Assembly: GCA_963708135.1 (NCBI GenBank)
Contig: OY970192.1
Location: 5,216,001-5,280,000, forward strand
Source: an uncultured Gemmatimonadales bacterium
GTDB taxonomy: Bacteria > Gemmatimonadota > Gemmatimonadetes > Longimicrobiales > RSA9
Direction of reading: 5' to 3'
Length of the DNA: 64,000 bases
Shown here: in pieces, positions 37,407 through 48,356 of the stretch
Numbering within the stretch: position 1 is the stretch's first letter
How the letters are laid out: every line of letters starts with the position of its first letter
Translations under genes and position numbers: made by a program
Notes under the pieces: model-generated
Databases searched by the model: none
Told to the model about the DNA's origin: nothing
Seen by the model: only the letters and a program-made list of their open reading frames with translations

Positions 37407-38170
37407 GGGGGAGGGTGAGGGCGGGGATTCGGCTTGGGGTGAGTACAGGGGGAGGGTGAGGGAAAGGGGGGAAGGGGTTGGGGTTTAGGGGGAGGGGGCG
37501 ACGCGTTTGCAGAGGGCGATCAGCATGGCCACGATCTCCAGCAGGAGCGTCCGGGCGGCCGAGTCATTCAGGGCGCTCCTCCGGCGCAGGAGGGAGAGGA
37601 TGGCGGAGCATTCGCCCGCGGACCGGAGCGCGATCCTGTAGAAGCGGACCTTCTCCTTCGGGCTGAACTCCGTGGCTCCTTCCGCAATGTTCAGCGGGAT
37701 CGAGATCGCAGCGCGGCGGAGCTGGTCCGCCAGGTGGGACGACCCCGGCGGCAGATTCCCCGCGAGCTCGTCGGCCCACACCGCGAACTCCTCCGCCTTC
37801 CGGAACACCACCAGCCGCTCGTGCGGGAACCCTTCGGTCATTGGCCTCCCCCGGCGCTCTCTGACCCCCCCCACCCCCCCCACCCCCCCCATCCCCTCAC
37901 CCTCTCCCCCGGAATCTCACACCCGGAGCGGGGCGCCCCCATAGCCAATGCGGCAACCTCCCCAACCGCCACCCCCGCCCCCCGCCCCCGCCCTCCTCCC
38001 CCCGCCCTCCTCTCCCTCCCCCGCCCTCCTCCCCCCGCCCTCCTCTCCCTCCCCCGCCCTCCTCCCCCCGCCCTCCTCTCCCTCCCCCTCCCCCTGTACT
38101 CACCCATACCCGAATCCGCACCCTCCCCCTCCCCCTCGTCCTCCCTCACCCCCACCCTCACCCCCGCTTG
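37381..38170. repeat. Long imperfect G-rich/C-rich inverted repeats (about 37381-37462 and 38080-38168) plus three 33-bp tandem copies (about 37987-38085)
   Basis: Perfect 20-bp IR GGGTGAGTACAGGGGGAGGG at 37437-37456 and 38086-38105. Confidence 0.85.
37485..37841 (-). CDS. Four helix bundle protein (23S rRNA IVP / Avd-like family)
   Basis: HERLVVF, LADQLRRAAISIPLNIAEG, RFYRIALRSAGEC; GGGAGG RBS. Confidence 0.9.
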   Translation of the reverse strand: MTEGFPHERLVVFRKAEEFAVWADELAGNLPPGSSHLADQLRRAAISIPLNIAEGATEFSPKEKVRFYRIALRSAGECSAILSLLRRRSALNDSAARTLLLEIVAMLIALCKRVAPSP

Positions 38171-38235
38171 CCAGGCGCCCGGATAGGAGAGAAGATTCGA
38201 TCCCCGGCTCATCCCTGAAGAAACGAGGCCCAGCA

Positions 38236-39996
<1,761 letters not shown>

Positions 39997-40149
39997 GACG
40001 GTCTGGAGTGGAGTGGGAGAGTGGGAGAGCGGGAGAGCCCGGGCCGACGGCGCCGCGAATGCGGAGCGCCGGGCCTCGCGCCCTTCCGGCCCTCCCCGGT
40101 GGCCCGGGTGCTGGTGCCAGGCCGCCCGGGTGCTGGGTGCCAGGCCCGG

Positions 40150-40430
40150 ACCGGCCGCCGGAATCGCCGGCGCCGCCGTTTCGGTGACCGGCGTCCGCCG
40201 CAATCGTCGCCCACTCTCCCACTCGGGGGGTGGTCGGGGGGGCGGAAAGGGCGGGAAGGCGCGGCACCGCTCCGGTGACCCGTGGCGCCGGAATCGCCGG
40301 CGCGCCCACCTGGCCCGGTGACCGGCGTCCGCCGCAATCGTCGCCCGGTCTCCCACTCTCCCACTCTCCCACTCTCCCACTCTCCCACTCTCCCACTCTC
40401 CCACTCTCCCACTCTCCCACTCTCCCACTC
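40150..40430. repeat. Duplicated roughly 100-bp module ending in (TCTCCCAC)x10
   Basis: GCCGGAATCGCCGGCGC and GGTGACCGGCGTCCGCCGCAATCGTCGCCC each occur twice; ten octamers at 40349-40428. Confidence 0.9.
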
Positions 40431-40477
40431 GGGGGGTGGTCGGGGAAGGGCGGAAAGGCCGGGGGGAGTCAGGCAGA

Positions 40478-40770
40478 TGCAAGAACCCCCGGCAGCCGGA
40501 CAAGTCCGATTACCGGGGGTCCCTGTAACTGGCGAGAGCCGAGGTCCGCTGGGTTCGGTACCACGTCTTGCGACGCGCCCGGAACCTCCTCTCTCTTCTC
40601 CTTGCCACGCGGCCCGTGGCTCGGGTGCCCCTTGGCCTGGGGCGTCGGCTGCGGCCAGTCGCCTCGCAGTCGGCTCACCGTGTTCCGAACCGCCGGTGAG
40701 CGGCCTCCGGAAAGCGTCCCTTTCGGAGGCGACGTCCTCGGGCGGTAGGCCGCCCGCCCGCTGACGTCTG
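40478..40770 (-). ncRNA. Candidate stand-alone structured ncRNA, about 290 nt
   Basis: Promoter upstream, consecutive hairpins, terminal ACCCCCGG/CCGGGGGT stem, no credible CDS. Confidence 0.6.
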
Positions 40771-40776
40771 CGAACA

Positions 40777-40805
40777 ATGATACTCCCACCCCCGCCCTCG
40801 GTCAA
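40777..40805 (-). promoter_or_regulatory. Sigma70-type promoter TTGACC-N17-TATCAT
   Basis: 5/6 match in both boxes with 17-nt spacing in a very GC-rich background. Confidence 0.8.
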
Positions 40806-41196
40806 GCCTTTTCGACGATCCCGTAACATTATGTAGCATAATGCGTTACACTAATCGTCCCGGAAAGCGTCGATGCCCGCGCAGGAGTCCACACCGCAAC
40901 CGCCCGGCCCCCTTTCACTTCCCCGCTTGTAACAATTTCAATTCACAGAAATTACCATTCTTTCCACGAGCAACAGCGAGATGTCCACGCTCGCTGGCCG
41001 CTTTCCACGCGCTTTCCACGAGCGGCTGTGGAGAAAGCACAGGAGGGGGTCCGGCGGACGGCCGCTCTTGCGGGCGGCGTGCGCACGGCGCCACCTTTGG
41101 CGGCAGAGCCGACCGATCCGGTCGTCGCCTCGCGGCGGTCCGCCGAGGCGGCGGCAGCCAGGATTCAACAGATACCCCCGCCATCCGGAGGAATCC

Positions 41197-41604
41197 ATGC
41201 CGAAGCGTCGTTTCGTGCCCGTGCTGGCGGGCCTGGCCACCGCCCTGCTGCTGGCCGGCTGCGGCAGCAGCGACTCGACCGGCCCGACGACGGACCTCGC
41301 GGGGAGCTACACGCTGCAGGCGCTGACGATCAGCGGGCAGTCGGTGCCGGTCCCGACGTTCGCGACGGGTACGCTGGTGCTGACGGCGACGACCTACAAC
41401 GTGAACGTGGCGGTCACGATCCCGGGGCAGGAGACGACGTACGCGGACCAGGGGACGTATACGGTCTCGGGCAGCACGTGGACGCAGACGTCCACGGTCA
41501 CGCAGGGGCAGGTGACGACGGGGACCTACAGCCAGAGCGGGAACACGCTGACGGTGAACGTGGAGGTCGAGGGCCAGGCCACCTCAATGGTCTGGGCGAA
41601 ATAG
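41197..41604 (+). CDS. Small beta-rich lipoprotein (lipocalin-like)
   Basis: GGAGG RBS, lipobox LLAGC, LAGSYTL and GTYTVSG motifs. Confidence 0.75.
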   Translation: MPKRRFVPVLAGLATALLLAGCGSSDSTGPTTDLAGSYTLQALTISGQSVPVPTFATGTLVLTATTYNVNVAVTIPGQETTYADQGTYTVSGSTWTQTSTVTQGQVTTGTYSQSGNTLTVNVEVEGQATSMVWAK

Positions 41605-41797
41605 GGACCTCCGGCTGTGCGCGCGGGCGCGCCTCACGCAAGCCCGGCGAGGCCGGCGCCGAACGGGGCGCCGGCCTCGCCGCATCCCGCGGGCTGGCGC
41701 CCGCGTCCGTCCCTCAGCTGCTTCCCCCGCGCACCTTCCGCCTCAGGAGACGGGCTCGCAGCGGGGAAAGGGGCGTTTGCGGCGGCCGGCCGGCCCC

Positions 41798-43162
41798 TCA
41801 GGCGTCGTCGCCTTCCAGGCCGTATTCGCGCATCTTGCGCCAGAGGGTCGTGCGGCTCATGCCCAGGATCTCGGCGGCGCGGGTGCGCACGCCCCGCGCC
41901 TCCTCGAGGGCCGCCACGATCATTGAACGCTCGTGCCCGCCGGGCGCCGGACCCCGGTAGCGCGTCTCCGGCTCCGGCTCGCCCTCGGCCCCCGGGCGCC
42001 GGGCGGACCGCACCTCGGGCGAGAGGTGGTGCGTCTCGATGCGCCGGCCGTCGCTCCGGATGGCGGCGCTCTCCACCACGGAGAGCAGCTCGCGCACGTT
42101 GCCCGGCCAGCCGTAGGCGCGCAGCAGCCGGAGCGCATACGGCGAGCACGCCGTGGGCGCCTCCGGCAGGCGCTCGCCCAGCCGGCGCAGCGCGGCCTCG
42201 ACGAGCAGCGGGATGTCGCCGGGCCGCTCGCGCAGGGGAGGCAGCCGGATGGAGAAGACGTTCAGCCGGTAGAAGAGGTCGGCGCGGAAGCGGCCGGCCG
42301 CGCTCTGCTCGCGCAGATTGCGGTTGCTGGCGGCGACGATGCGCGCGTCCACCTTCTGAGCGCGGACCGCGCCCACCGGCGTCACCTCGCCCTCCTGGAG
42401 CGCCCGCAGCAGCCGCTGCTGGAGCCGCAGGCTCATATCGCCGACCTCGTCGAGGAAGAGCGTGCCGCCATGCGCCGCCGCGAACAGCCCCTGCTTGTCG
42501 CCCACCGCGCCCGTGAAGGCGCCGCGCACGTGGCCGAACAGCTCGGACTCGAGCAGCCCCTCGGCCAGCGCGGCGCAGTTCACCGGCACGAACGGGCCGC
42601 TCCGGCGCGGTGAGAGCGCGTGGATCGCCCGCGCCACGAGCTCCTTGCCAGTCCCCGTCTCGCCCTCGATCAGCACGGTGGTGTCCACCGGCGCGACCTT
42701 GCGAATGGCGTCGAAGACGCGGCGCATCGGCTGGGCGTAGCCCACCATCCCCGGGATCTCCCCCGCCTCGACCCGATCCGCCGCCGGGCGCCGCTCGAGG
42801 AGCTCCGCCACGCGCGCCGAGAGCAGGTCGGGGTCGACGGGCTTGGTCAGGAAGTCGTCCGCCCCCAGATGCAGCGACTGCACGGCGGAGTCGATCGTGC
42901 CGTAGCCCGAGATCATCAGCACCGGCACGTCCTCGCCGCGGCGCCGCAGCACCTCGACGAAGCCGATCCCGTCCAGTCCCGGCATGCGCAGGTCCAGCAG
43001 CACGGCGTCATAGGCGCCGCGCTGCATCGCCTCCGCGGCCTCCTTCACGTTTGCGGCATCATCCACCCGATAGCCGTCCTGCCGCAGCAGCTCCGCCGTC
43101 GAGACGCGGAACGCGCGGTCGTCATCGACCACCAGAATGCGATGTGGGGACGTCGTGCTCAC
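41798..43162 (-). CDS. Sigma-54-dependent response regulator (NtrC family)
   Basis: REC domain, GETGTGKE, GAFTGA, FRADLFYRLNV, WPGNVREL, Fis-type HTH. Confidence 0.95.
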   Translation of the reverse strand: MSTTSPHRILVVDDDRAFRVSTAELLRQDGYRVDDAANVKEAAEAMQRGAYDAVLLDLRMPGLDGIGFVEVLRRRGEDVPVLMISGYGTIDSAVQSLHLGADDFLTKPVDPDLLSARVAELLERRPAADRVEAGEIPGMVGYAQPMRRVFDAIRKVAPVDTTVLIEGETGTGKELVARAIHALSPRRSGPFVPVNCAALAEGLLESELFGHVRGAFTGAVGDKQGLFAAAHGGTLFLDEVGDMSLRLQQRLLRALQEGEVTPVGAVRAQKVDARIVAASNRNLREQSAAGRFRADLFYRLNVFSIRLPPLRERPGDIPLLVEAALRRLGERLPEAPTACSPYALRLLRAYGWPGNVRELLSVVESAAIRSDGRRIETHHLSPEVRSARRPGAEGEPEPETRYRGPAPGGHERSMIVAALEEARGVRTRAAEILGMSRTTLWRKMREYGLEGDDA

Positions 43163-45000
43163 GCGCCCTCCTCCTTCTTCGCGCCGCCGCCGCGCCGGCC
43201 CCGCGGCCGTGCCTCGCCGGGGGGCGGCGGCGCCTCGCCGGTCGGCTGGCGTTGCTCCGCGGAGGTGGCCGTCGGCAGCTCGATCGTGAAGCGGGCGCCG
43301 GCGCCGTCCTCCCGGTTGGCCGCCGCGAGCCGGCCGCCGCTCCGGCGCACCAGCCCCTCGGCGATGAACAGGCCGAGCCCCACCCCCTGCGCCCGGTCCT
43401 TCGTGCTGAAGAACGGATCGAAGACCCGCGGCAGGACGGCCGCATCGATCCCGGGGCCCTCGTCCATCACGTCAATCCGCACGAACCCGGCGCCCACGGG
43501 GGCCACCACCACCTGCACTGCGCCGCCGTCCGGCATCGCCTCGCGGGCGTTCTGCACGAGGCTGAGCAGCACCTGCTTGAGCACGTCCGGCGCCATGCTC
43601 ACCGTGCAGGCCCGGCGCACCCGCGTCGTGGTCGGCCAGCGGCTTCCCTGCTCGCCTGCCGAGAGCAGCGCCGCCACCCGCTCCACGACGTCCGCCGCGT
43701 CGCAGCGCGCGGCCCCGGGGTCGATCGGCCGGTTCAGGTCCAGCATCTGCTCGGCGAGCTCGTGCATCCGCAGCAGCTCGTCGATGGCCAGGTCCGCGAA
43801 CCGCCGCAGCTCCGGCCGCTCTGCGCTGCCGCGGTGGATCACCTCCAGGCAGTTGCGCACGTTCGCCACCGGGTTGCGGATCTCGTGCGCCAGCTCCGCC
43901 AGCAGCCGCCCCGCCGCCGCCAGCCGGTCCCGCTGGATCATCTCCGACTGGAGCGCCCGCAGGCGACGCTCCCGCTGCTCGAGCTCCGCGTTCGCGTGCT
44001 CCAGCTCCGCCAGCCGCGCCGCCAGCGCCCCGCGCATCCGCTCGAACGCCCGCGCTACCCGCGCCACCTCCGGCAGCCGCGTCCGCGGCAGTGGCGCGTC
44101 GAAGTCGCCCTGCGCCATCCGGTCCGCCGCCTCCGCCAGGCTGCCCACCGGCCGCACCAGCGCCGTGGCCATGAGCGCGCCGAGCAGCAGCGCCAGCACC
44201 AGCCCGAGGCCGCCCGCCACGGCCGCTCCGCGCCGCAGCCGCGGCAGCACCGCCAGCTCCCGCCCCGCGTCCACCGCGAACACCGCCCGCGCCACCCCGC
44301 CGAGCGGCGCCGAGATCAGCCAGTAGCGCCCGCCCGCCACCGCCGCCTCCCGCACCCCCCCTCCCACCCCCGGCCCGGCCGCCGCGGCCAGCGCGCGCGC
44401 CACCGTGTCGGCCAGCGTCGACGCGATGACCCGGCCGTCCCGCCCCACCAGCGAGACCTCCGACGCCGTGAGCCCCGCCAGCGTGGCCGCCATCACCTGG
44501 TCCATCGGCGCCGATACCCCCGCCGCGCCCACCAGCACGCCGTCGTCCATCACCGGCGCGAACGACGCCACGTACAGCGCCCCGGTCGAGTCCGTGAGGA
44601 ACGCCACCGGCATGTGCCCCGCCTCGATGCCTGCCCACATGGCCGGGTCCGGCGCCGGCCCCAGCAGCGCCCGGCCGACACGGTCCGCCAGCGCGGGCAG
44701 CTCCCCGCTCGCCCGGCTCGCCGCCTCCACCACCGCGCGCGCACGGGCCAGGTCCCCATCTGCCAGGGCCCGCACGAGCCCCGGCAGCCGCGCCGCCTCC
44801 TGCGCGTGCATCATGAGTGCGTCCGCCCGCGCGCTGTCCCGGTCCGCCAGCCGCATCGGCGCCAGCGCCAGGTCCTCGCGCGCCCGCGCCTCCAGCTCGT
44901 GCCGGATCGCCCGGTCCAGCCACCACGCCGCCGGCAGCAGCGAGGCGAGGAGCACGGCCGCGAGACCGAGCACCAGACTGCGTCGCAGGGACAGGTTCAT
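43159..45000 (-). CDS. HAMP sensor histidine kinase
   Basis: Two TM segments, HAMP, AHEIRNP, DEGPGI, FDPFFSTK, GVGLGL. Confidence 0.9.
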   Translation of the reverse strand: MNLSLRRSLVLGLAAVLLASLLPAAWWLDRAIRHELEARAREDLALAPMRLADRDSARADALMMHAQEAARLPGLVRALADGDLARARAVVEAASRASGELPALADRVGRALLGPAPDPAMWAGIEAGHMPVAFLTDSTGALYVASFAPVMDDGVLVGAAGVSAPMDQVMAATLAGLTASEVSLVGRDGRVIASTLADTVARALAAAAGPGVGGGVREAAVAGGRYWLISAPLGGVARAVFAVDAGRELAVLPRLRRGAAVAGGLGLVLALLLGALMATALVRPVGSLAEAADRMAQGDFDAPLPRTRLPEVARVARAFERMRGALAARLAELEHANAELEQRERRLRALQSEMIQRDRLAAAGRLLAELAHEIRNPVANVRNCLEVIHRGSAERPELRRFADLAIDELLRMHELAEQMLDLNRPIDPGAARCDAADVVERVAALLSAGEQGSRWPTTTRVRRACTVSMAPDVLKQVLLSLVQNAREAMPDGGAVQVVVAPVGAGFVRIDVMDEGPGIDAAVLPRVFDPFFSTKDRAQGVGLGLFIAEGLVRRSGGRLAAANREDGAGARFTIELPTATSAEQRQPTGEAPPPPGEARPRGRRGGGAKKEEGA

Positions 45001-45206
45001 TCGGGGTTCCGCCCGCGTCCGTGGGCCTTCGGGGAGATCGTCCGCCACCGCCGGTTGCCGTGCAAGGAGCCCGCCCGCCCGCGGCCACCGGTCGCCGGGA
45101 CCGGGCGGCCACCCGCCTGGAGCGGCCAACTCACGGCGGGACACCGAGTTGCGTCGACGACAGGCGTGCCCGAGGCGACTCGGCGGACATGGGACGGCGC
45201 CGGCGC

Positions 45207-45224
45207 GGCGTTTCATGAAACGCC
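45207..45224. promoter_or_regulatory. Perfect 18-bp palindrome, candidate regulator binding site
   Basis: GGCGTTTCATGAAACGCC, about 210 bp upstream of the kinase start. Confidence 0.5.
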
Positions 45225-45278
45225 AGGGTGTCGCGCGGCGGCGTCGCGGCGGACGGTCGCGGCGGCGTCGCTCCGCGC

Positions 45279-46475
45279 TCAGCCCGCCATCTGCTGGAAC
45301 CCCGCCGCGCCGCGCGCCGCTCCCGGGCCCGGCGTGGCTCCGGCGCCCGCGGCCGCCCGGGCCTCGGCGCCGGCGCGTCGGCGGGCGGCGGCACGGGCGG
45401 CGACGGCGCGGGCGACCCGGTCCGCGTCGCGGCCTACGCCGTGGATCTGCGCGGAGGAGAGGGCGTGCAGGAAGTGCAGGCCCACGAAGTAGAGGCCCGG
45501 CGAAGCGCGCACCACCCCGCTCTCCTGGTCGGGGTCGACGCCGTCGAACACAGGCAGGTCGATCCAGTCGAAGCCGGGGTCGAAGCCGGTGCACCAGACC
45601 ACGTTCGCCACGTCCAGTGTGCGCCCATCCTCGAGCAGTGGCAGCCCGTCTCGGACGCCGGTGGTGCGCGGCGCCCGCCGCACGCCGGCCCGCTCGAGGT
45701 CGACTCGCTTGACGCGGATGAGCGGACCACCGATGTGCAGCACCTTCGGCCGGACCCGCCGGCCGATCGGCGTGCGCACCGTCAGCACCCGGTGGAAGAT
45801 GCCGCGCAGCACGAGCCGAACGAGCAGTCGAGTGCCGAGGAAGCTCTCGACGCGGAAGGGGATCTGCCCCACGTCCCGCCCCGACATCCAGACCTCGTGC
45901 CGCGGCGCGAGCTCCCTGGCGATCTCGGAGCCCGAGTTGCCGGCGCCCACGATCAGGACCGGCCCGGCGCGCAGCTGGCCGGGGTTGCGGTAGTCGAATG
46001 AGTGGATCTGCACGATCGAGGGGTCGAGCTCGCGCGCAAACGCCGGCACCTTCGGCCGCTGGTAGCCCGCCATGGCCACCACCACGTTGTCCGCCTCGAT
46101 GCGGCGCTCACCCGCCTCCACGAGGTAGCGGCCTTCGTGGCGCGTCAGCCGATCGACCCGCACGCCCGTCCGCACGGGCAGACGGAACCGGGCGGCGTAG
46201 GCCTCCAGGTAGTCCGCCATCTCGTCCTTCGTGGGGAAGCTGTGCGGCGGGGCGGGGAAGGGCATCCCGTCGAGGCTGCTGTGATCCGCCGGCGTGAACA
46301 GTCGCAGCGAGTCCCAGCGCTCGCGCCACACGTCGCCTACGCGCTCCCTCGCCTCCAGGATGACGAACGGCCGGAGCCCTCGGCGGGCCAGGTGGTAGCC
46401 CACGGACAGCCCCGCCTGCCCGCCGCCGATCACCACCGTGTCGAGCCGCTCGACCGCCTGCGCATCGCTCGTCAT
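45279..46475 (-). CDS. Flavin-containing monooxygenase-like FAD/NAD(P) oxidoreductase
   Basis: GGGQAG, WRERWDSLRLFTP, HSFDYRNP, GAGNSG, WCTGF. Confidence 0.88.
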   Translation of the reverse strand: MTSDAQAVERLDTVVIGGGQAGLSVGYHLARRGLRPFVILEARERVGDVWRERWDSLRLFTPADHSSLDGMPFPAPPHSFPTKDEMADYLEAYAARFRLPVRTGVRVDRLTRHEGRYLVEAGERRIEADNVVVAMAGYQRPKVPAFARELDPSIVQIHSFDYRNPGQLRAGPVLIVGAGNSGSEIARELAPRHEVWMSGRDVGQIPFRVESFLGTRLLVRLVLRGIFHRVLTVRTPIGRRVRPKVLHIGGPLIRVKRVDLERAGVRRAPRTTGVRDGLPLLEDGRTLDVANVVWCTGFDPGFDWIDLPVFDGVDPDQESGVVRASPGLYFVGLHFLHALSSAQIHGVGRDADRVARAVAARAAARRRAGAEARAAAGAGATPGPGAARGAAGFQQMAG

Positions 46476-46652
46476 CGTACCTCCTCCCGGGGTCGCGCCC
46501 GGCACCGCGGCGCCCGCGCGCCTCCCGGCAGGCGGCGGGCTCACGTTCATGGGATGCTCCGGGATCCGATCATCACCTCCACGCTAACGCGCCCGCGCCG
46601 CCGCCGCTTCGGGGGAATCGACCAGATGTCCGCGCCCGGGTCCTGCACGATT

Positions 46653-48323
46653 CTATGCAGGCGGGCGCACCAGCCCGTGCTCGTAGGCATAGGCGGTCGC
46701 CGCCGCGCGCGTGGAGAGGCCGAGCTTCAGGAAGATGTTGGCCACGTGCCGGGCCACGGTCTTCTCGCTGATGGAGAGTGTGGCCGCGATGGCGCGGTTC
46801 GTCCGCCCGGTGGCCAGCTGCGCCAGCACCTCGCGCTCGCGCGGCGTGAGGCCGTGCGGGCCGCGCGCCCTGCCGCGGCCGCGCGTCGCGGCGCGGCTGA
46901 GCAGCGCCTTCGCGCGGGCGAGGTCGGGCGCCGCGCCCAGCCGTTCGAACGCCGCGCGCGCAGCCTCCAGCTCGAGTGCGGCACCTTCCTCATCGCCGAG
47001 CGCCCGGCAGGCCTGGCCCAGGAGCAGGCGGGCGCGCGCCGCCTCGTACGGTGCATCGAGTGCCTGCCACGCACGCCACGCCTCGCGCAGCGGCGCCAGC
47101 GCCTCGTCCGGCGTGTCCGCCGCCAGTGCAATGGCGCCACGCGCCTGGGCGACCAGGGTCTCGAGTACGCCCGGCGCGCAGCACCCCGCCGCCTCCGCCA
47201 ACTCGACCGCGGCGGTGCGGGCCTCCTCGATCTCGCCCGACTGCAGCATGATCTCAATGTGCGCCGGCAGCAGCCGGGCGCGGCGCCGGCGGTCCGGGGT
47301 CTCCGCGAGCGCGCGCCGGCTCGCGGCCGCGGCGGCCGCCACGTCGCCCTGCGCTAGCCGCAGCAGCGCGAGCCCCGGCTGAGGCTCGTAGCCCGTCTGG
47401 CTGGCACCGCGGTAGGCGGTCTCGGCGGCCGCCTGCTCGCCCCGCAGCCGGTGCACCTCGCCCTCGAGGTAGAGCGCGTGGCCCGCTACCTTGGGATGCG
47501 ACGCCGCGGACGGTCGTCCGGCCGCACGCCTCGCTTCATCGATGGCGCCGGGCCACTCGCCGCGGAGCGTGAGGATCTCGGCGCGGTAGACCCGGCATTC
47601 GTCCGTGTAGGCGACCATGTCGGGCTGCCGCGAGCACCACTCCGTCAGCGCCGCGGTCCACTCGTGTGCCCGGCCGAGCGCCCACACCTCCCAGCAGGCG
47701 CTGATCACGCTGCAGTAGACGAGCCCCGTGACCTGAGGCAGCAGCTCGTCTGCGGTCACGCCGATCATGGCCTCGTCGAGCAGCGCCAGTCCCTCCGCCA
47801 CTCGGCCCTGGCGCAGCCGCGCCCGGCCGTGGAGGTGCAGTGCCAGCGCGAGCAGGTCGCCGTCGCCGTGACGCTGGGCGATCCGTGCCGCGGCCGCCGC
47901 CGTGCGGCAGGCGTCGTCGTTCTGGCCCGTCATGAGCTGCTGGTAGCCTTCGGGCAACAGCACGTAGCCGTGCTCCACGCCCTCGCCCGGCGTCCCCTCG
48001 AGGAGCCTCGCCGCCCGGCTGAACCAGCCGGACGCCTGCGCCATGTCGCCACGCGTCGCCAGGTGCAGCCCCAGCCAGAAGGCGGGGCGCACCGCGGCCG
48101 CCGGCTCGCCGGCCGCCAGGTGGGCGCGGTGGAGCTCCTGCATGGCGGAGAGGAAGTCGTCTTCTTCGCCCATGAGGTAGGAGGCCACGGCCAGCCGCCG
48201 GAGATCGGACGGCTCGAGCGGCGCGCGCTCGCGGGCGGCCGCAAGCAGCTCGCGCGCCGCGCGCCACGAGCGCTGGTCGAAGGCCGCGCGGGCCCGCTCG
48301 AGGGAGGATCTCGTCGTGCTCAC
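46653..48323 (-). CDS. LuxR C-terminal HTH regulator with helical-repeat N-terminus
   Basis: LTPREREVL..LATGRTNRAIA..LSISEKTVARHVANIFLKL. Confidence 0.9.
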   Translation of the reverse strand: MSTTRSSLERARAAFDQRSWRAARELLAAARERAPLEPSDLRRLAVASYLMGEEDDFLSAMQELHRAHLAAGEPAAAVRPAFWLGLHLATRGDMAQASGWFSRAARLLEGTPGEGVEHGYVLLPEGYQQLMTGQNDDACRTAAAAARIAQRHGDGDLLALALHLHGRARLRQGRVAEGLALLDEAMIGVTADELLPQVTGLVYCSVISACWEVWALGRAHEWTAALTEWCSRQPDMVAYTDECRVYRAEILTLRGEWPGAIDEARRAAGRPSAASHPKVAGHALYLEGEVHRLRGEQAAAETAYRGASQTGYEPQPGLALLRLAQGDVAAAAAASRRALAETPDRRRRARLLPAHIEIMLQSGEIEEARTAAVELAEAAGCCAPGVLETLVAQARGAIALAADTPDEALAPLREAWRAWQALDAPYEAARARLLLGQACRALGDEEGAALELEAARAAFERLGAAPDLARAKALLSRAATRGRGRARGPHGLTPREREVLAQLATGRTNRAIAATLSISEKTVARHVANIFLKLGLSTRAAATAYAYEHGLVRPPA

Positions 48324-48356
48324 GGGAGACAGGTGGCCATGGCCTGCGGGTCCGGC

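Noticed and set aside
37485..37841. Diversity-generating retroelement (Avd-like gene)
   Set aside because: No reverse transcriptase or TR/VR pair seen
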